The notes beneath the pieces are model-generated. The model ran no database searches, was not told where the DNA came from, and saw nothing but the letters and a program-made list of their open reading frames with translations. DNA of 63,886 nt, counting the filler, from Choristocarpus tenellus KU-1152 (taxonomy: Eukaryota > Protista > Phaeophyceae), in NCBI GenBank assembly GCA_964200185.2. It is 10 parts of 10 records of this genome, joined end to end, with 100 filler letters (N's around TTAATTAATTAA, not from the genome) between each part and the next. Parts side by side here need not be neighbours in the genome. Positions count along the whole stretch, not along the records: positions 47,343 to 52,316 come from CAXNAD020012311.1; positions 52,417 to 56,382 come from CAXNAD020016885.1; positions 56,483 to 60,943 come from CAXNAD020014437.1; positions 61,044 to 63,886 come from CAXNAD020024261.1; 6 more parts are not named here. The stretch is one strand, 5' to 3'. This document shows positions 52,001-63,886 of this stretch, piece by piece. The position numbers were made by a program, and so were the translations under genes. How positions within the stretch are numbered: the stretch's first letter is position 1; each line of letters starts with the position of its first letter.

Positions 52001-52316
52001 CCCTCCTTGTCCTTTACCCCTGATTCTCAGTGTTTTTATTACTCACTGAACCCTGCTCCTATCCTTTCCCTGCCACTCGTTTCCATTTAACTTTTCTCCC
52101 CTTCCCTAAATATTCGTTCTCTTCCTGCTTCCTTCTTTTTCTTTCCACTGCCTACCCTTGTCCTGTGCCCCCAGCCAACCAGAATTCTTCCGCCCACAAA
52201 ACTCAGATTGCTTCATAAACTTTCACTTTGTTTTGCTCACGAATTCTGGATTATTATTATTTTGCACATTCCTATTTTCTTATTCCTCTATCCTCTATTC
52301 CCCATTTGATGACCAA
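49012..52316 (-). mobile_element. YR retroelement copy 2: ORF1, RT, RNase H and YR N-terminal domain (degenerate)
   Basis: RT FFARMYIDDSILV and VVVGWRIDTEKMTIALP; DIRS-type RNase H WYSDAC...SINVLE...LLRGDNYSAVHW...AEHVAGKQNDLADGISR; overlapping YR N-terminus SVAPSTQKCYEAAWDQW...STVKGKIAAIQYYH...VLKGI. Confidence 0.9.
50486..50929. mobile_element. 444-bp TG...CA insertion (solo LTR or short Ginger-like element) in the YR-element RT
   Basis: Ends TGTTAAAGGC...GCCTCTAACA (9/10 inverted match), flanked by CCTC/CATC. Removing it plus one 4-bp copy restores the RT frame WFEDGRRLKLA. Confidence 0.75.
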
Positions 52317-53149
52317 NNNNNNNNNNNNNNNNNNNNNNNNNNNNNNNNNNNNNNNNNNNNTTAATTAATTAANNNNNNNNNNNNNNNNNNNNNNNNNNNN
52401 NNNNNNNNNNNNNNNNGGGGGGGGGGGGGGGGGGGGGGGGGTGTTGTACCCGCTGCTGGGCACAGCGCAGCCACTGCAAATGAGGTCGAAAAAGGAACGT
52501 TTTTTCAGTTCCACTTCACGGAACATATTCGAACCTATTTCGGAACAAAATGCGAAAACCAAAATACCCTCCGAACAATTGTATCCAGGGCTTCAATTTG
52601 AGCCATATATCGCCGGGAAAGTCTTTATATTTGTGAAGAAAGCGTCAAAACAAAACGTGAAAATTCATAAGGTGGCAGACTTAAGGGACACAGGGAGTAT
52701 TTACGTAGATTGTCAAGATTATGCTTTAAGTTCATGTGGGACAATACTTATTAAGGAAACAATCAGTTGTTGGATAATTAGAGAGTTGTTAAACTGTTGG
52801 ATAACTCTATAGTTGATAGTAATCTTTCTGTTGAGAGACCAAGAGAACGATACCCAGGTTATTACAGTATCATAAGAATTCTAGAAAAGGAACGTTGTAG
52901 CAAATAACACGTACTGAGTGATGAGTTATTAGTGATAAGGGATATTAGTGAAAAGCCTACCACCCCCCCTCCACTTGGATGGTGTTTCTCACTCCAACTT
53001 TCTACCTACTACAACATCACTGAGAAGGAACTAATCTGCATCTTTCAATATGAAAACTTGGGATCCTACACATCCTTGAACTTGCTAGCTATCATGCTTT
53101 GAAGTGTACTGACATTTGAAGCTAGTAGTAGAGTTGATAAACCGAGCAC

Positions 53150-54676
53150 TGATTGCGTCTACCGCCATTAATGTGAGTACGGAGTAGACACATGAGCAAC
53201 AGCGGAGGAGGTTGCACAAGCTTCAAGAACAAGTGAGGTGGTTGTTCCTTGCGAGAATTTGGAGGAAGGGGTTGGGGTGGAAGTTGAGGAGGAGTTTTAT
53301 GAAGGGGAGGAGCCTGTGGCGGGGAGGATTGTGGCTTCAAGAAGCACTGCGGAAGTGGATCTACAGTACTGCCTCATCTCACTTCCCTCCAAGTTTGTGG
53401 CTTACAGTGGTGATGATGATGGGGAGGGATTCCCCAAATACGAGAGTCTACTCCTAACATGTGCTGCCGTGGGTGGGTGGAAGGACGTCCTACTTACTTG
53501 TGACCACATCAGGGTGGGTCTCTGGTGGGAAGCGACACTTCATAATGAACACGGGGTGAAGTTCAGGAGGCGAGCATGGCATTGGCTGACCTGGTTATGA
53601 GTGTGGGTGGACTTGCGCTTGAAATAATTGACAGTCACGGCAGTCCTTGAGATGGGTGTCGGGCGGGGTGCTTAGAGATCGTTTTGCAAGAGCCGGGACA
53701 ATTGGAGCGTGCCATCCTGAGGACGAAGATGCTTTATTCGCGACCGCAGTTAGGCAAATTTTGTGGCGCATGCTATATTTGTAATGGACCTGGACACAAA
53801 CCTCGTGACTGTCCTGGACGTGCTGAGGCTATGGCGGCGATCAAACGGGTTGTAGATGGTGGTGCAGCAACTGTGCAGAAGAAGAGGCATGGTTGAGGAA
53901 AGGCAAATGGTGACAACAATGGACGGATGAAGAATGTTGGGAGACTTTTTGATGGGAATATAGTCACCGTGTGACTATATTCGGGAACCCTATGTGTGAC
54001 TATGTCGTTGAGAGTAAGAAGACCAGGGATGGAATCCTGGAGGAGAAGCATGAGGACTTTGGACTGAAGACTAGGGGGGATTTGGTGTTGGAGGACATTG
54101 TTTTGGGATCGGAAGAAGAGGTGCCGAAGGTAATATTCTGGTAATATTCTGGTAATATTCTGGAACGAGAGGATTCGGATTTGGAACTTGAAAGTGGGGA
54201 AGGTGGACTAGAGGTTCCGAACACTGTAGATGGTGGAATTACTGATGGGATGCTGAGCGATGGTGCCTGTGGTATGGATCCGACGCCAGGGCAGGGGAGT
54301 GGGGGAAGGTTGTTGCTGAGACTCGTGGACTGTAACAGCAACCCCTCACCTGAACCTGGTGTGCCATTGGAGCGTTATCTTCGGTAGGAAAGGAGACTGA
54401 CTGGTATGCTGGTTGGTGAGGAAGTATGTTCAATTCCTCCAGCACCTTGGACCATGCGAGGAGCGATTGAATCGGAGGAACAGCTTTTATGGGAAGGAGA
54501 TGCGGACGAGGAAATCAAGGAATTGGATGACTGGGAGGTATGACTTCAAGTTCATCGCCCCACTGGTGGGCATCGGCGTGCTTGGCACAAAGATTGTTTT
54601 CATGAGGAAGGTGGATGCAGATGGGAGGGTGGAACGCTGCAAGGCCAGGCTAGTGGTGCAAGGTTTCAGACAGTGA
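53150..54676 (+). mobile_element. Degenerate Ty1/Copia retrotransposon (third family)
   Basis: CCHC knuckle CYICNGPGHKPRDC; RT start VLGTKIVFMRKVDADGRVERCKARLVVQGFRQ. Confidence 0.85.
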
Positions 54677-56652
54677 AAAGTTGAAGATTGCTTGTGGAAG
54701 GAAGCATGGCATGGATGCATGACTGGGTGTGGGAACAAAAGACTCCTTTGTTGAAAAAAGTAATCTGAACGCCTTCGTTGGGTGAAACCTTTCACAACAC
54801 GCCACTAGCCCGGCCTTGCAGCGTACTACCTTCAACAACACGTATGTGATACCCTCGTGTAAGAGCCAAGATCCTGTGTGTGTAAGGGTTAACTGCGAAA
54901 TAGAAGTTTTGCACCACTTTTGGGAATTGTTGGCGCAGCTCCTGGCATATGTGGACCAGACCAGGCAGGTGGCTGGACTGCAGGCCAACCCAACAGGCCA
55001 CATGTGAATAGAGGACCTTATAGCACGGAACACTGCACTGATTTTGTTCACTGTACTTTTTTCAGGATGTGGGCTGGGGTTGACATGCGCAACCCCAGCG
55101 GTCGAGGTGTGTTGCCTTGTCCATAATGGGGAGGTTGGGATGAGTGCATGTAACTGGGAAGGTGTAACTTTTGTCTAGCTGACTGCGTTCATAGAGAACA
55201 AACTCTACTTCTGGTCAACGTGGGGAATTCCACTGTTAGTGCTTTGAAGATGTAGTGACGAAGTGGCTGCAGGGATTGGGCGGTGTGGTGGCTAGGGTTG
55301 TCAATATTCTATGACAATGCCAAATGTCTTTCCTGATCCTAGAATTTAGTTCATTCAGATTCAACTCACCTCTGTGGTGATGTAATCTGTGTTTGGCCAC
55401 TGATGTCCATGCGCCTTTCTAATTGCATGTTAAAGATGATGCTGTAGAGACTGATATGTAGTGCCAGACATACTTATGGCAACGCCATATCATGCCTTAT
55501 GTGTGCCCACTACGAATCTAGGAAAATCAAAAACATAAAAAAGTAAATAATCATTTTAGAAAGAAAATTGCGACTTCAATTCTTTTTTGATTATTTAAAA
55601 AATCATAAAACAATTGTTTTCTTTTACAAAACGTCAGCAATAATCACCTTTACCCACCGCCCTCCCCAATAATCACCTGCCACAGCTTTTGTTCGGTACC
55701 TTCAGAGTCCATGCACCCCAGGACGTAAAATGATCAAAGGTACCAACTGCATCTTACGTGCTTTTTCCAGCTTACTCAATTCCTCAACGTTTTGCAGTTT
55801 TCCTTACTCAACAATGCATCTAGGTATAATTCTGGAGACGTGAAGAGGTTTTCCAGCTTGCTATGGGACAATTGAGGGTTTGACAATAATCCCCACAGTA
55901 ATGTATTCAAGTGACCGCAACAATATTTTCAGGGGTCCCTATGGGCGCCTGTTCGTAAGCAATGCACAAAATGCGCAATCTGTCCTCTGGTTCTCTCCAA
56001 GAGTATTTTATCTCCAAGATTAAACCCCCCCGTACTGCTTACTATTCTATTCTTTATAGTATATAATTCAGAGGATATATATATGTATATATATATACAT
56101 TGATCATTGCACCTCAATCAAGGCATCGGATCCAGCACACACATGCTGTCTCTGTGATGGTCAGCCTTGATGCTGGTTTGGTTGCCCGCAGGAAATAGTT
56201 GTGAGGATCCTCTTCTTCACGAAAAAAAAAAAGAGGTAGAATTATCTACAAAACTATCCTTCAACCATTTTCATTTGTTTCGAACATTTTGTTTCCAAAT
56301 GGAGATTTTTTTTTTTTTACCGCTATCAACGTTTTGTAACCCCTTCTCTCCCCCCCCCCTCCCCCCCCCCCCCACCACCCCCNNNNNNNNNNNNNNNNNN
56401 NNNNNNNNNNNNNNNNNNNNNNNNNNTTAATTAATTAANNNNNNNNNNNNNNNNNNNNNNNNNNNNNNNNNNNNNNNNNNNNCCCCCCTGTTCCACTTCC
56501 CTCCTTTAACCACAACACCTCTGTTAATGTATATGAAATACATTCCAAGAAGTATACTCCAAATAGATTGGATACGTATCATTCAAATGAAATTGAATCT
56601 TTGTTCACTTTTTTTTTTAAACATACAATGTAACCTATATTTGTTTGTATAG

Positions 56653-59600
56653 GTATGCACTAGAAGAAGTCTGGGTGAAGTCCAAGGGAGGCACTTTGGA
56701 GGTGGAGGACTTGACGATAATTACAGGCATTGGGAAGGGCAGCTTGTATGCCTTCCAACCAGTGGTGAGAAATAGGAGGGTGTTAGAGTTAGGGTATTGG
56801 GATTAGGGCGACTAGATTGAAGGACAATAACGAAAATACAATGTGCTGTATTGCACTAAAGCTTTTGGGGGCTTCTCTAGGTTTGGTGATTTTACGTAGC
56901 AAGCATACATTCTATCATCAGAGTGACTGCCCAAAGCCTTCAGTGTCTTGGTTTATTTAGGGTGTGTTCTTGCTAATTTTATGTGAGCCACCAAAGTGTC
57001 CTATTTGGGGCTTTCATATGTCCATTTTGTTGTTCAGGGGTGTGTAATTGGGATGGCTGACAATCCATTTTGATGGCCCAGAAATCGGGTGACCCTCAAG
57101 TGAGTGTATGAATGTAGAAGAATAGACCCTGTGGATAGATGTTTTAACAGAGGATTGGAGCATGTAGGAAAATAAAGATTAAAATAAAAACAATAGAACT
57201 TGCAGAGATCTCTTGGCAATATTGGCATTCCCCTATAGTATCATTTGACTTAGGTGTGTCTGGGGAGACTTGAAGCATGAGGCTAGAGTTCTCTTGAAGT
57301 GGTTGTTTAGACAGAAGCCCCCCCCCCTCCCTGACTTTTGTCTTGACTAGTATTCCGACATCACAGTTGTTTCTCTCTCACAGTGTTTTGGGTGTGATGT
57401 ACTATACCATGCCATGTGATACGTGTGTTGTACGAATTGGTGGATGTGCACACCCATAAAAGGGTTTGTTTTTAAGGGGGGACCTTGATCAGTAGAACAG
57501 TTAAATGTGTTTGGTTCTCTTCTGGGAGCTATCATGACTGGGCCAGACTAGACCTTGACTACCCTTTTTTTAACTTTTTTTCTTGATTATTTTATTTTTT
57601 TGGAAGTGCTTCTGACTCCACGTGCACGTGCTTCCTTTCCAACCACTATTCTGAGACCCCCTTCGGACTCACTTGAACTTAGATTATATTATTATTCTTT
57701 GAACATAGATTATGGCAACTGTTTTGACAAAGATGATGAATGTGTTTTGGGGGGGGGTTTCAATCCAGGTGTAACCCTAACCCTAATTTTCTATCCAGGT
57801 GAGACCAGAGGTGCAAAGAATGCTAATGGAAGAGTTCTATCCCCCTCTCAACTCTGCCACTGAGGCTGGTAACCCTGGGAGGGTAATTGTGGACAAGGCT
57901 TCAATAGAGGTGATACATACACCACACCACATCTTCCACCGAACATATATTCCCAGAACGTTTCCCCTCAGAGAATTTTCTTTTTTTTGTTCAAAATTGA
58001 ACCACCTCCAGCAATCGCCACAAGCTACGTAATTGCTTCCTTATGTCCAACACTAGTACCAAAATGGAGATACGCTTCCTCCTTGGTATTGACACTTTAT
58101 TTCCTAGCAAGTATTCCATGCTTGGCTTATGTTGTGTAGGGTGTGTTCCTAATAGTGATAAGTTTGTGCCAAAAAATCCAATGTTACCAACAGAAATAAT
58201 CCAATATACCATATTGGGAAGAATGGGAGAGGAATGGCTATATTTTTTAAAGAAATTAGTAGAAGATATCGGAAATTTCGGAAAATTTTATTCTGGTCGT
58301 TAGGAACAGGTCACAAAAGAGAAGCTTCTTGGAAGGTATTTATTCCACATTTCTTTTCAAGTGAAACCTTGAAAAAAATGTAGTGACCCAGTAGGAATCA
58401 GAATGGAAAAAGTATGAAGAATTGACCCACAAGTCTTAATTGTCGAGTATTAATTATGTTTTGTTCTTTAATAGATAGATTGACTTGTTGGCATGTGTGT
58501 ATATATAATCAACACAAGCATCAGTCAAGACAATAAACAGTATGGGCAGAGATTTTTTTTTTTCATTTAGCAACATTCTATGTAGGAGTACATGTATGTG
58601 CAACTAGTGTGTCAAGTCAATAAATAGGGGCAATATATGTTTATTTAAATATATATATATTGATTTTACATTTGTATTTTACTGGCAAATATTGTATCAT
58701 GGTCGCATCAATAAATCCTTCAGCTATGTAGGATACAGTTCGTTCTTTTTTGTTTCTTATCCTTTGTTGAGAATAGGGTTAGGGATGAGCTCTACTCCTC
58801 CTAGTGCATGAGCAGTACCCTCTTTCTTCTTTTTATATTTTTATTACTTTTTTTTCTTTATTCTTGGTGCTGTTTGAGTTTCCCCTTCAGAGTCCTTTGC
58901 ACCAACATTATTGAGAAGCTTGTAGTGTACTATGTAGTATATTGATTCCTTTTCAATACATGATTTTTTTTCGCATTTTTTCGATTTTAGAGCTTTGCCG
59001 TTGATGTCTTGTTGAGCAAGCTTGAGAAGCTTTCTTGGGTTTTTTTTTTTTGGAGGCCATCATCACAATCAAATTTATCCGGATCTATATCAAGAAATGT
59101 TTGCGTGAATTGTTGATAACCTCATTGACCTTTAGCATCTAGTCTATTCTGTTCGTTTTCGAATGATGATTGTTTTTTTAATGATTATTATTGTTATTAC
59201 CTACCACATGCATGCAGGGCAGGGAACTGAAGTGTCATGTCAATTATTAACATTCACGATATGGTCAAGGTTGGTTATGAATTTTTTTATTACTATTTGT
59301 GTATTTTTATTAAAAGAAATGTCGTTCAGTTGCAAGGTGTGACATATAGCGATTTTGTATCAACGCAAAGAAGAGATGCAGACATCCTTCTGTTATCGAA
59401 ATTATTGAAATTGGTAAATTAGTACACTCACTGCAGTAGGCCCTTGTTGATGTTAACCTACATGCATCAACACGGACATATATATGTACATGTATTGAGA
59501 GAGAAGATACCTCTACATATAGCATGCACTTGAGGGTGGGTGAACCACAACATATACACAAGTATTTAACCTTCACCTCCCCGTCTGATGCTTGCAGGCA

Positions 59601-59675
59601 TGGATGGACCACAACTACGAGGCCAAGAGATCAATGATGGCAAGGCTTGCAGCTGCTCTTGACATGAAGTCCAAG
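56653..59675 (+). CDS. Smr-domain protein (PPR-SMR-like C-terminus), three exons, partial
   Basis: Exons 56653-56764 (YALEEVW...EDLTIITGIGKGSLYAFQPV), 57799-57909 (VRPEVQRMLMEEFYPPLNSATEAGNPGRVIVDKASIE), 59598-59675 (AWMDHNYEAK...). The L.IITG.G..S and NPGR motifs are typical of Smr. Confidence 0.8.
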
Positions 59676-60875
59676 GTACGAAGTTTTCAACACACTAATG
59701 TGCGAAAAATAAATAAATAAAATATATAAACATTTTTCTTCCGTGGTATTGGTACCTCATTTTTTGTTATTGATTTTTCTATACTCATGTTAAACGTCAG
59801 GAGTATTGTTTTAGCAAGTTTCATAATACTGAAATGATGCTGCTGTCGGCAATGTTTGTGGAGGAGACGTGTTTTACTCAACTACTCCAATATAATCTAA
59901 CTCGAATCCTGTATAATGTGTTGGTCGTCTTCCAAGACTCCAATGGGAGGGGCGTTAGTTGCAATAGTGTTGGTTGGGGGAGTTACCAACAAGGATGTCA
60001 AAAACCTGCTCTTGAGATCCTTACAAACATAACCTCTAGCGAGTTTCATCCTTACCTACACCATGCCTGGCTCACTATTTATAAACCAGGAGCCTCTCTC
60101 CCACATCTGAGAAAAAAACTCATGTAAATTCTAAATTATTGAACAATAATACTGTAGTTTTGGGGGGCGTGGTATTCCTGAACATTGCTATTTTTACCCT
60201 CGTATGTACCCTTTTCTGTCCACTAGCCGACGGGAAAATGGTTGAATAAAATTCTGTAATTGATAGTCGCTGTCGAACAAGAGTGAGTCGGAGGTTTGGC
60301 ATGACAGTAAAACAGGCAACCCAATTGCATAAGGTCAACCGTTGCTAAGCCCTCACATTTAATGTCGTTCTACTTTTTGCAACATTGCAAAGGAGGTCCT
60401 TGATGATCTTCTTAGAATGGTGAATGGAGAAAAATGGTGTGTGTTTGTGCGACACTTTCAGATGTCCCACTCTCCTTACAAGGTGTATTTTGTGCTATGA
60501 TGATGTATCCTCTCTATGGACCATGGATGGAGAGATGCTACTTCGTTCATTGTTGTGCCATTGTTTTTCAGTGGACGGGGGGTTGTTTCAGATTCTTAAA
60601 AAAACAATATGGAGGGGGGTCAGTGGTATTAGTAGTTACGATGATCAAAGTCACCCGCTCGAATCACCTTAGCCTTGAGTCTGAATGTACTTGGAAGAGT
60701 TGATTGGAAGTTATTTGATGATGAGTTGTATAGGTGACTCCATGCTGTAGTGATGAAGAGTACAAAAGATCAGACGAACCTAACCATGAGGTGCTGTTAT
60801 TATAGAGTATTTGATATATATTACTGAGGGTATTGTGCATTTTTTATTTGCTCACAGTGGATAGCTTTTTCAAAG

Positions 60876-60943
60876 GACCCAAAGTATCTGGGAGGGGGGG
60901 GGGGCTACACCAGGGTGTCCATTTGGACCAAAATCAAGGAAAG
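60876..60943. mobile_element. MITE family B, left end, truncated by gap
   Basis: GACCCAAAGTATCTGGGA(G)nCTACACCAGGGTGTCCATTTGG. Confidence 0.85.
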
Positions 60944-62539
60944 NNNNNNNNNNNNNNNNNNNNNNNNNNNNNNNNNNNNNNNNNNNNTTAATTAATTAAN
61001 NNNNNNNNNNNNNNNNNNNNNNNNNNNNNNNNNNNNNNNNNNNGAAAAAAGGGTGAAAAGCGGAAGCCGACATCCCACCCCGAGATACTTTGACCCATTT
61101 ACAGTTGCTATTAGATTAATATGGTTTATGGGGAGTATGCATCTCGTATGCCATTTGTGATCCTTCAAAACCTTGGGCACAACGTGATTGTAACACTGAT
61201 GCCTCAGAATGTTGTGTAAGGGTGGTGACTACAAGCCATCTTGCAGGCGTCATTGATCCATCCCATCTGAGTGGGGGACATTGAATATCTGGCCTATGTG
61301 ACTGCCTTCTGACATGTATGCTTTTTCTTGCACCCTTAATAGTGATTTTGGCGCTAGTTTAGGCAAACATTCATCTCCTCTTTTTCGGGCTCAGCCTCCG
61401 ATTCGAGATTTATTGCGTCTCAGGGATGAAAATGGGGTATAGCAAGCAGAAGATTTACAAAATCCAATTATTCGGAGGGGCTTAAAATATAGTCCCACTC
61501 TAAGATCGTATGGTTCAGAAAATATAATATAATATCTGTGGTGTCTTTCGTAACTTAGTGTTGATGGTAGCCGTAATTACAAAACACCTGTTCAGCAGCA
61601 AAGTTGCTCATGCTTTCCTTTTACATCACTCAACACCTGGTTATTGGATTGAAAACCTCAGGGAGTGTGATCTGCACGACACATATGCATATGAACAAAA
61701 TACGAATTGTCGTTTTGAGTGTGTTTAGCACTGGAAAGTAGTTTACATTGTTGCTTCGTATGACAAGTGATTAGTCTCCAGACTACCTTATATGGATCAA
61801 TGTTGTTCCTGTTGATGCACATAGCACTACTATAAATATATTGATTATGGCTCTCAATCCTGTTTGACGTGCGTGATCTCCATATTTTTCGCTGAAGCCA
61901 TGATGCGGATTTATACAATATAAACAGTAAACCAATGGGAAAAGCAGGTACGCAGTTATTCCTACTGAATGACATAGTGGTGAATACTACAGCCAAGAGT
62001 TTTAGGAAGAAGAACCTTGGATCACTAGCGCGATAACCAACACATACTTGCCCCTTCACTGATAGGGCAGATCATTTCCAAACATTATCGTTTTCTCTGT
62101 GGGTATAAACTTCTTTGCTTTTTTCAAGTGTCAGCAATGTCGTTATATTATTCTGTAGATGCTGTGCTCTTCGCTCAAATCGATAGGTGCGGAATTGATA
62201 GCATGCAGTGGGCCAAGGAAATATGAGTTTTATGGGACATTATTAGGTTGACGAGCATTGACAATTGGACGCGAGGAAAGGGAAGAGGCACTAGAATAGT
62301 TGGTTGGCAGTACATATACTCAGTACTTCACAGTTCAAAACTTTCTCCATTTGTCTACCTAAAGCACTGCGATAAATAAATTGCTTGTTTTATACACGTT
62401 TGGGATATGCCACGGGGAATTCTGCATCACAGGATGGACTGCCAAACTCAATTACAATCAATTACACTATACTTATGAAGCTCGTCATGCCGACAAACCA
62501 AAACGGCTATCTACCATTCCTTTTGTTGACCGGCTACTA

Positions 62540-63420
62540 GATGGATAACGGCCCTGGACTCCTTAGATCAAACAAATTGTTGATGTTTTTGAGGTTCATG
62601 AGCGTAGCAAAATCTTGAAGCAGTATGAGAGGTTGGAGACAAAATCAGCAATGTCAAGGGAGGCTTGGGGTATCTTGCAATGTTATCTCTCTTCTCTGAA
62701 CATAATGACTAACGACGATTGTCCATATATGCGTATATCCCAACTGTTGACCTGGAAGCAAGAGATTCAAAACCAAAATGTACTCCTTCGTCTTACCCTC
62801 CTCGAGACATCAGCAACCTTCAGATATAATTCAAGCTGCTAAATTTGAATACAGAGTTCTAAGACCATCCACGCATGATGACAGATGGGGCAAGCTGGGT
62901 AAATGCCTCAAGGCTTAGGTAATGAAAAGTGTAGCCGCAAGAAGTTGTACCTCTGAGGATGGTTATAAAAAATGCATAATGGAGTCATTCATACTAGTAT
63001 TAAAAATAGTAAGAACGAGGGAATAGGAGACATGCAGTACCAAGTCAATGTACACATCCATGAGGTGGATGGTCTAGATTCATTTACTCTCAAAATCAAC
63101 GCAAAATATGTGCAACACCGAAAAACCATGTCTCCACCTCAATGGTATCTTGTCGTCATTTCATTGGGGAGCAACACGAATCAGTGAGGTGGATGACGGT
63201 GGCAACGAATATTTGGTGTGCTTGGGTGTTTACGTGTGCGGTGATATGGTCGATGCCAAAAGGCGTGCAGTCCTCAATTTCCATAGCTCGGAAGACTAGA
63301 CATGTTACTCAGTTGAAACATGGACAATGCGTGAGGAGACCAGCAGTCAAGAACTATGTGAAGTTTGCGGTAAATATGGAAAATTGCCCCATGCGCCAGT
63401 TGAGGGTTCTGCAATGATAG
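62540..63420 (+). pseudogene. Possible degenerate hAT-like transposase
   Basis: Broken plus-strand ORFs; EVDDGGNEYLVCLGVYV loosely resembles the first catalytic Asp region DGW.....HY.A.FA of stramenopile hAT-like transposases. Confidence 0.35.
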
Positions 63421-63886
63421 ATGGAATATGTGTGTGTGAGATTGCAAACGGTTAGTGACAATGATACTTCCTGCTGGTGAAATTCATACTTAATTTACGC
63501 GTTAGTAAGTCATACCCTCCTCTCAACTATTGTCAGTCAAAGTAAACGAGATACTATCGAATTTTTTTAACAATAGAGAAATCAATCCTTTCATGTCAAT
63601 CTTGACACTTCAACCATAGAAATAAGGACAAATTGCAAAAGAAGATTTAAAAGGATATGCCTTAAAATAACAAAATGATCAAAACCTGGATAACCACTCA
63701 TTTACTTTGGCTCTGTGTTGACAACTGCCACAATGTTACACGAATGCTTTATACACTCGCCCTTTACTGGGCATTTGCTGGAAAATGTACATAAATAACT
63801 CATCAAACTTAATTACCTAGGGAATTTCATGACATTGGAGACAATCATAAACTTAGGGTTAAATCACCCAGAGATGGCAAGCAAGG

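Overview
This window is eukaryotic nuclear DNA, not prokaryotic. It is a pseudo-scaffold of ten short contigs joined by nine artificial 100-bp linkers (44 N + TTAATTAATTAA + 44 N), so adjacency across linkers means nothing. Short exons in long GT-AG introns, TTAGGG-type repeats and a DRP5B/ARC5 plastid-division dynamin point to a photosynthetic stramenopile, probably a brown alga (inference). I manually spliced seven partial host genes: a multi-C2-domain protein, exocyst Sec3/EXOC1, an Hsp40 DnaJ, DRP5B/ARC5, an OST3/OST6 subunit, a divergent gamma-glutamylcyclotransferase-like gene and an Smr-domain gene. The rest is mostly transposon debris: Copia LTR elements, Ngaro/DIRS-type tyrosine-recombinase retroelements, and piggyBac-like, Tc1/mariner-like, hAT-like and non-LTR remnants. 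There are also two MITE families sharing the terminal core AAAGTATCT, and a cox1 NUMT. I found no convincing novel multi-gene system. The best leads are (1) the MITE pair, one family with 4-bp TSDs (possibly Sola2-like), and (2) head-to-tail tyrosine-recombinase retroelements whose terminal repeat carries three tandem 57-bp hairpins. Family assignments rest on motifs recognised by eye; no searches were run.
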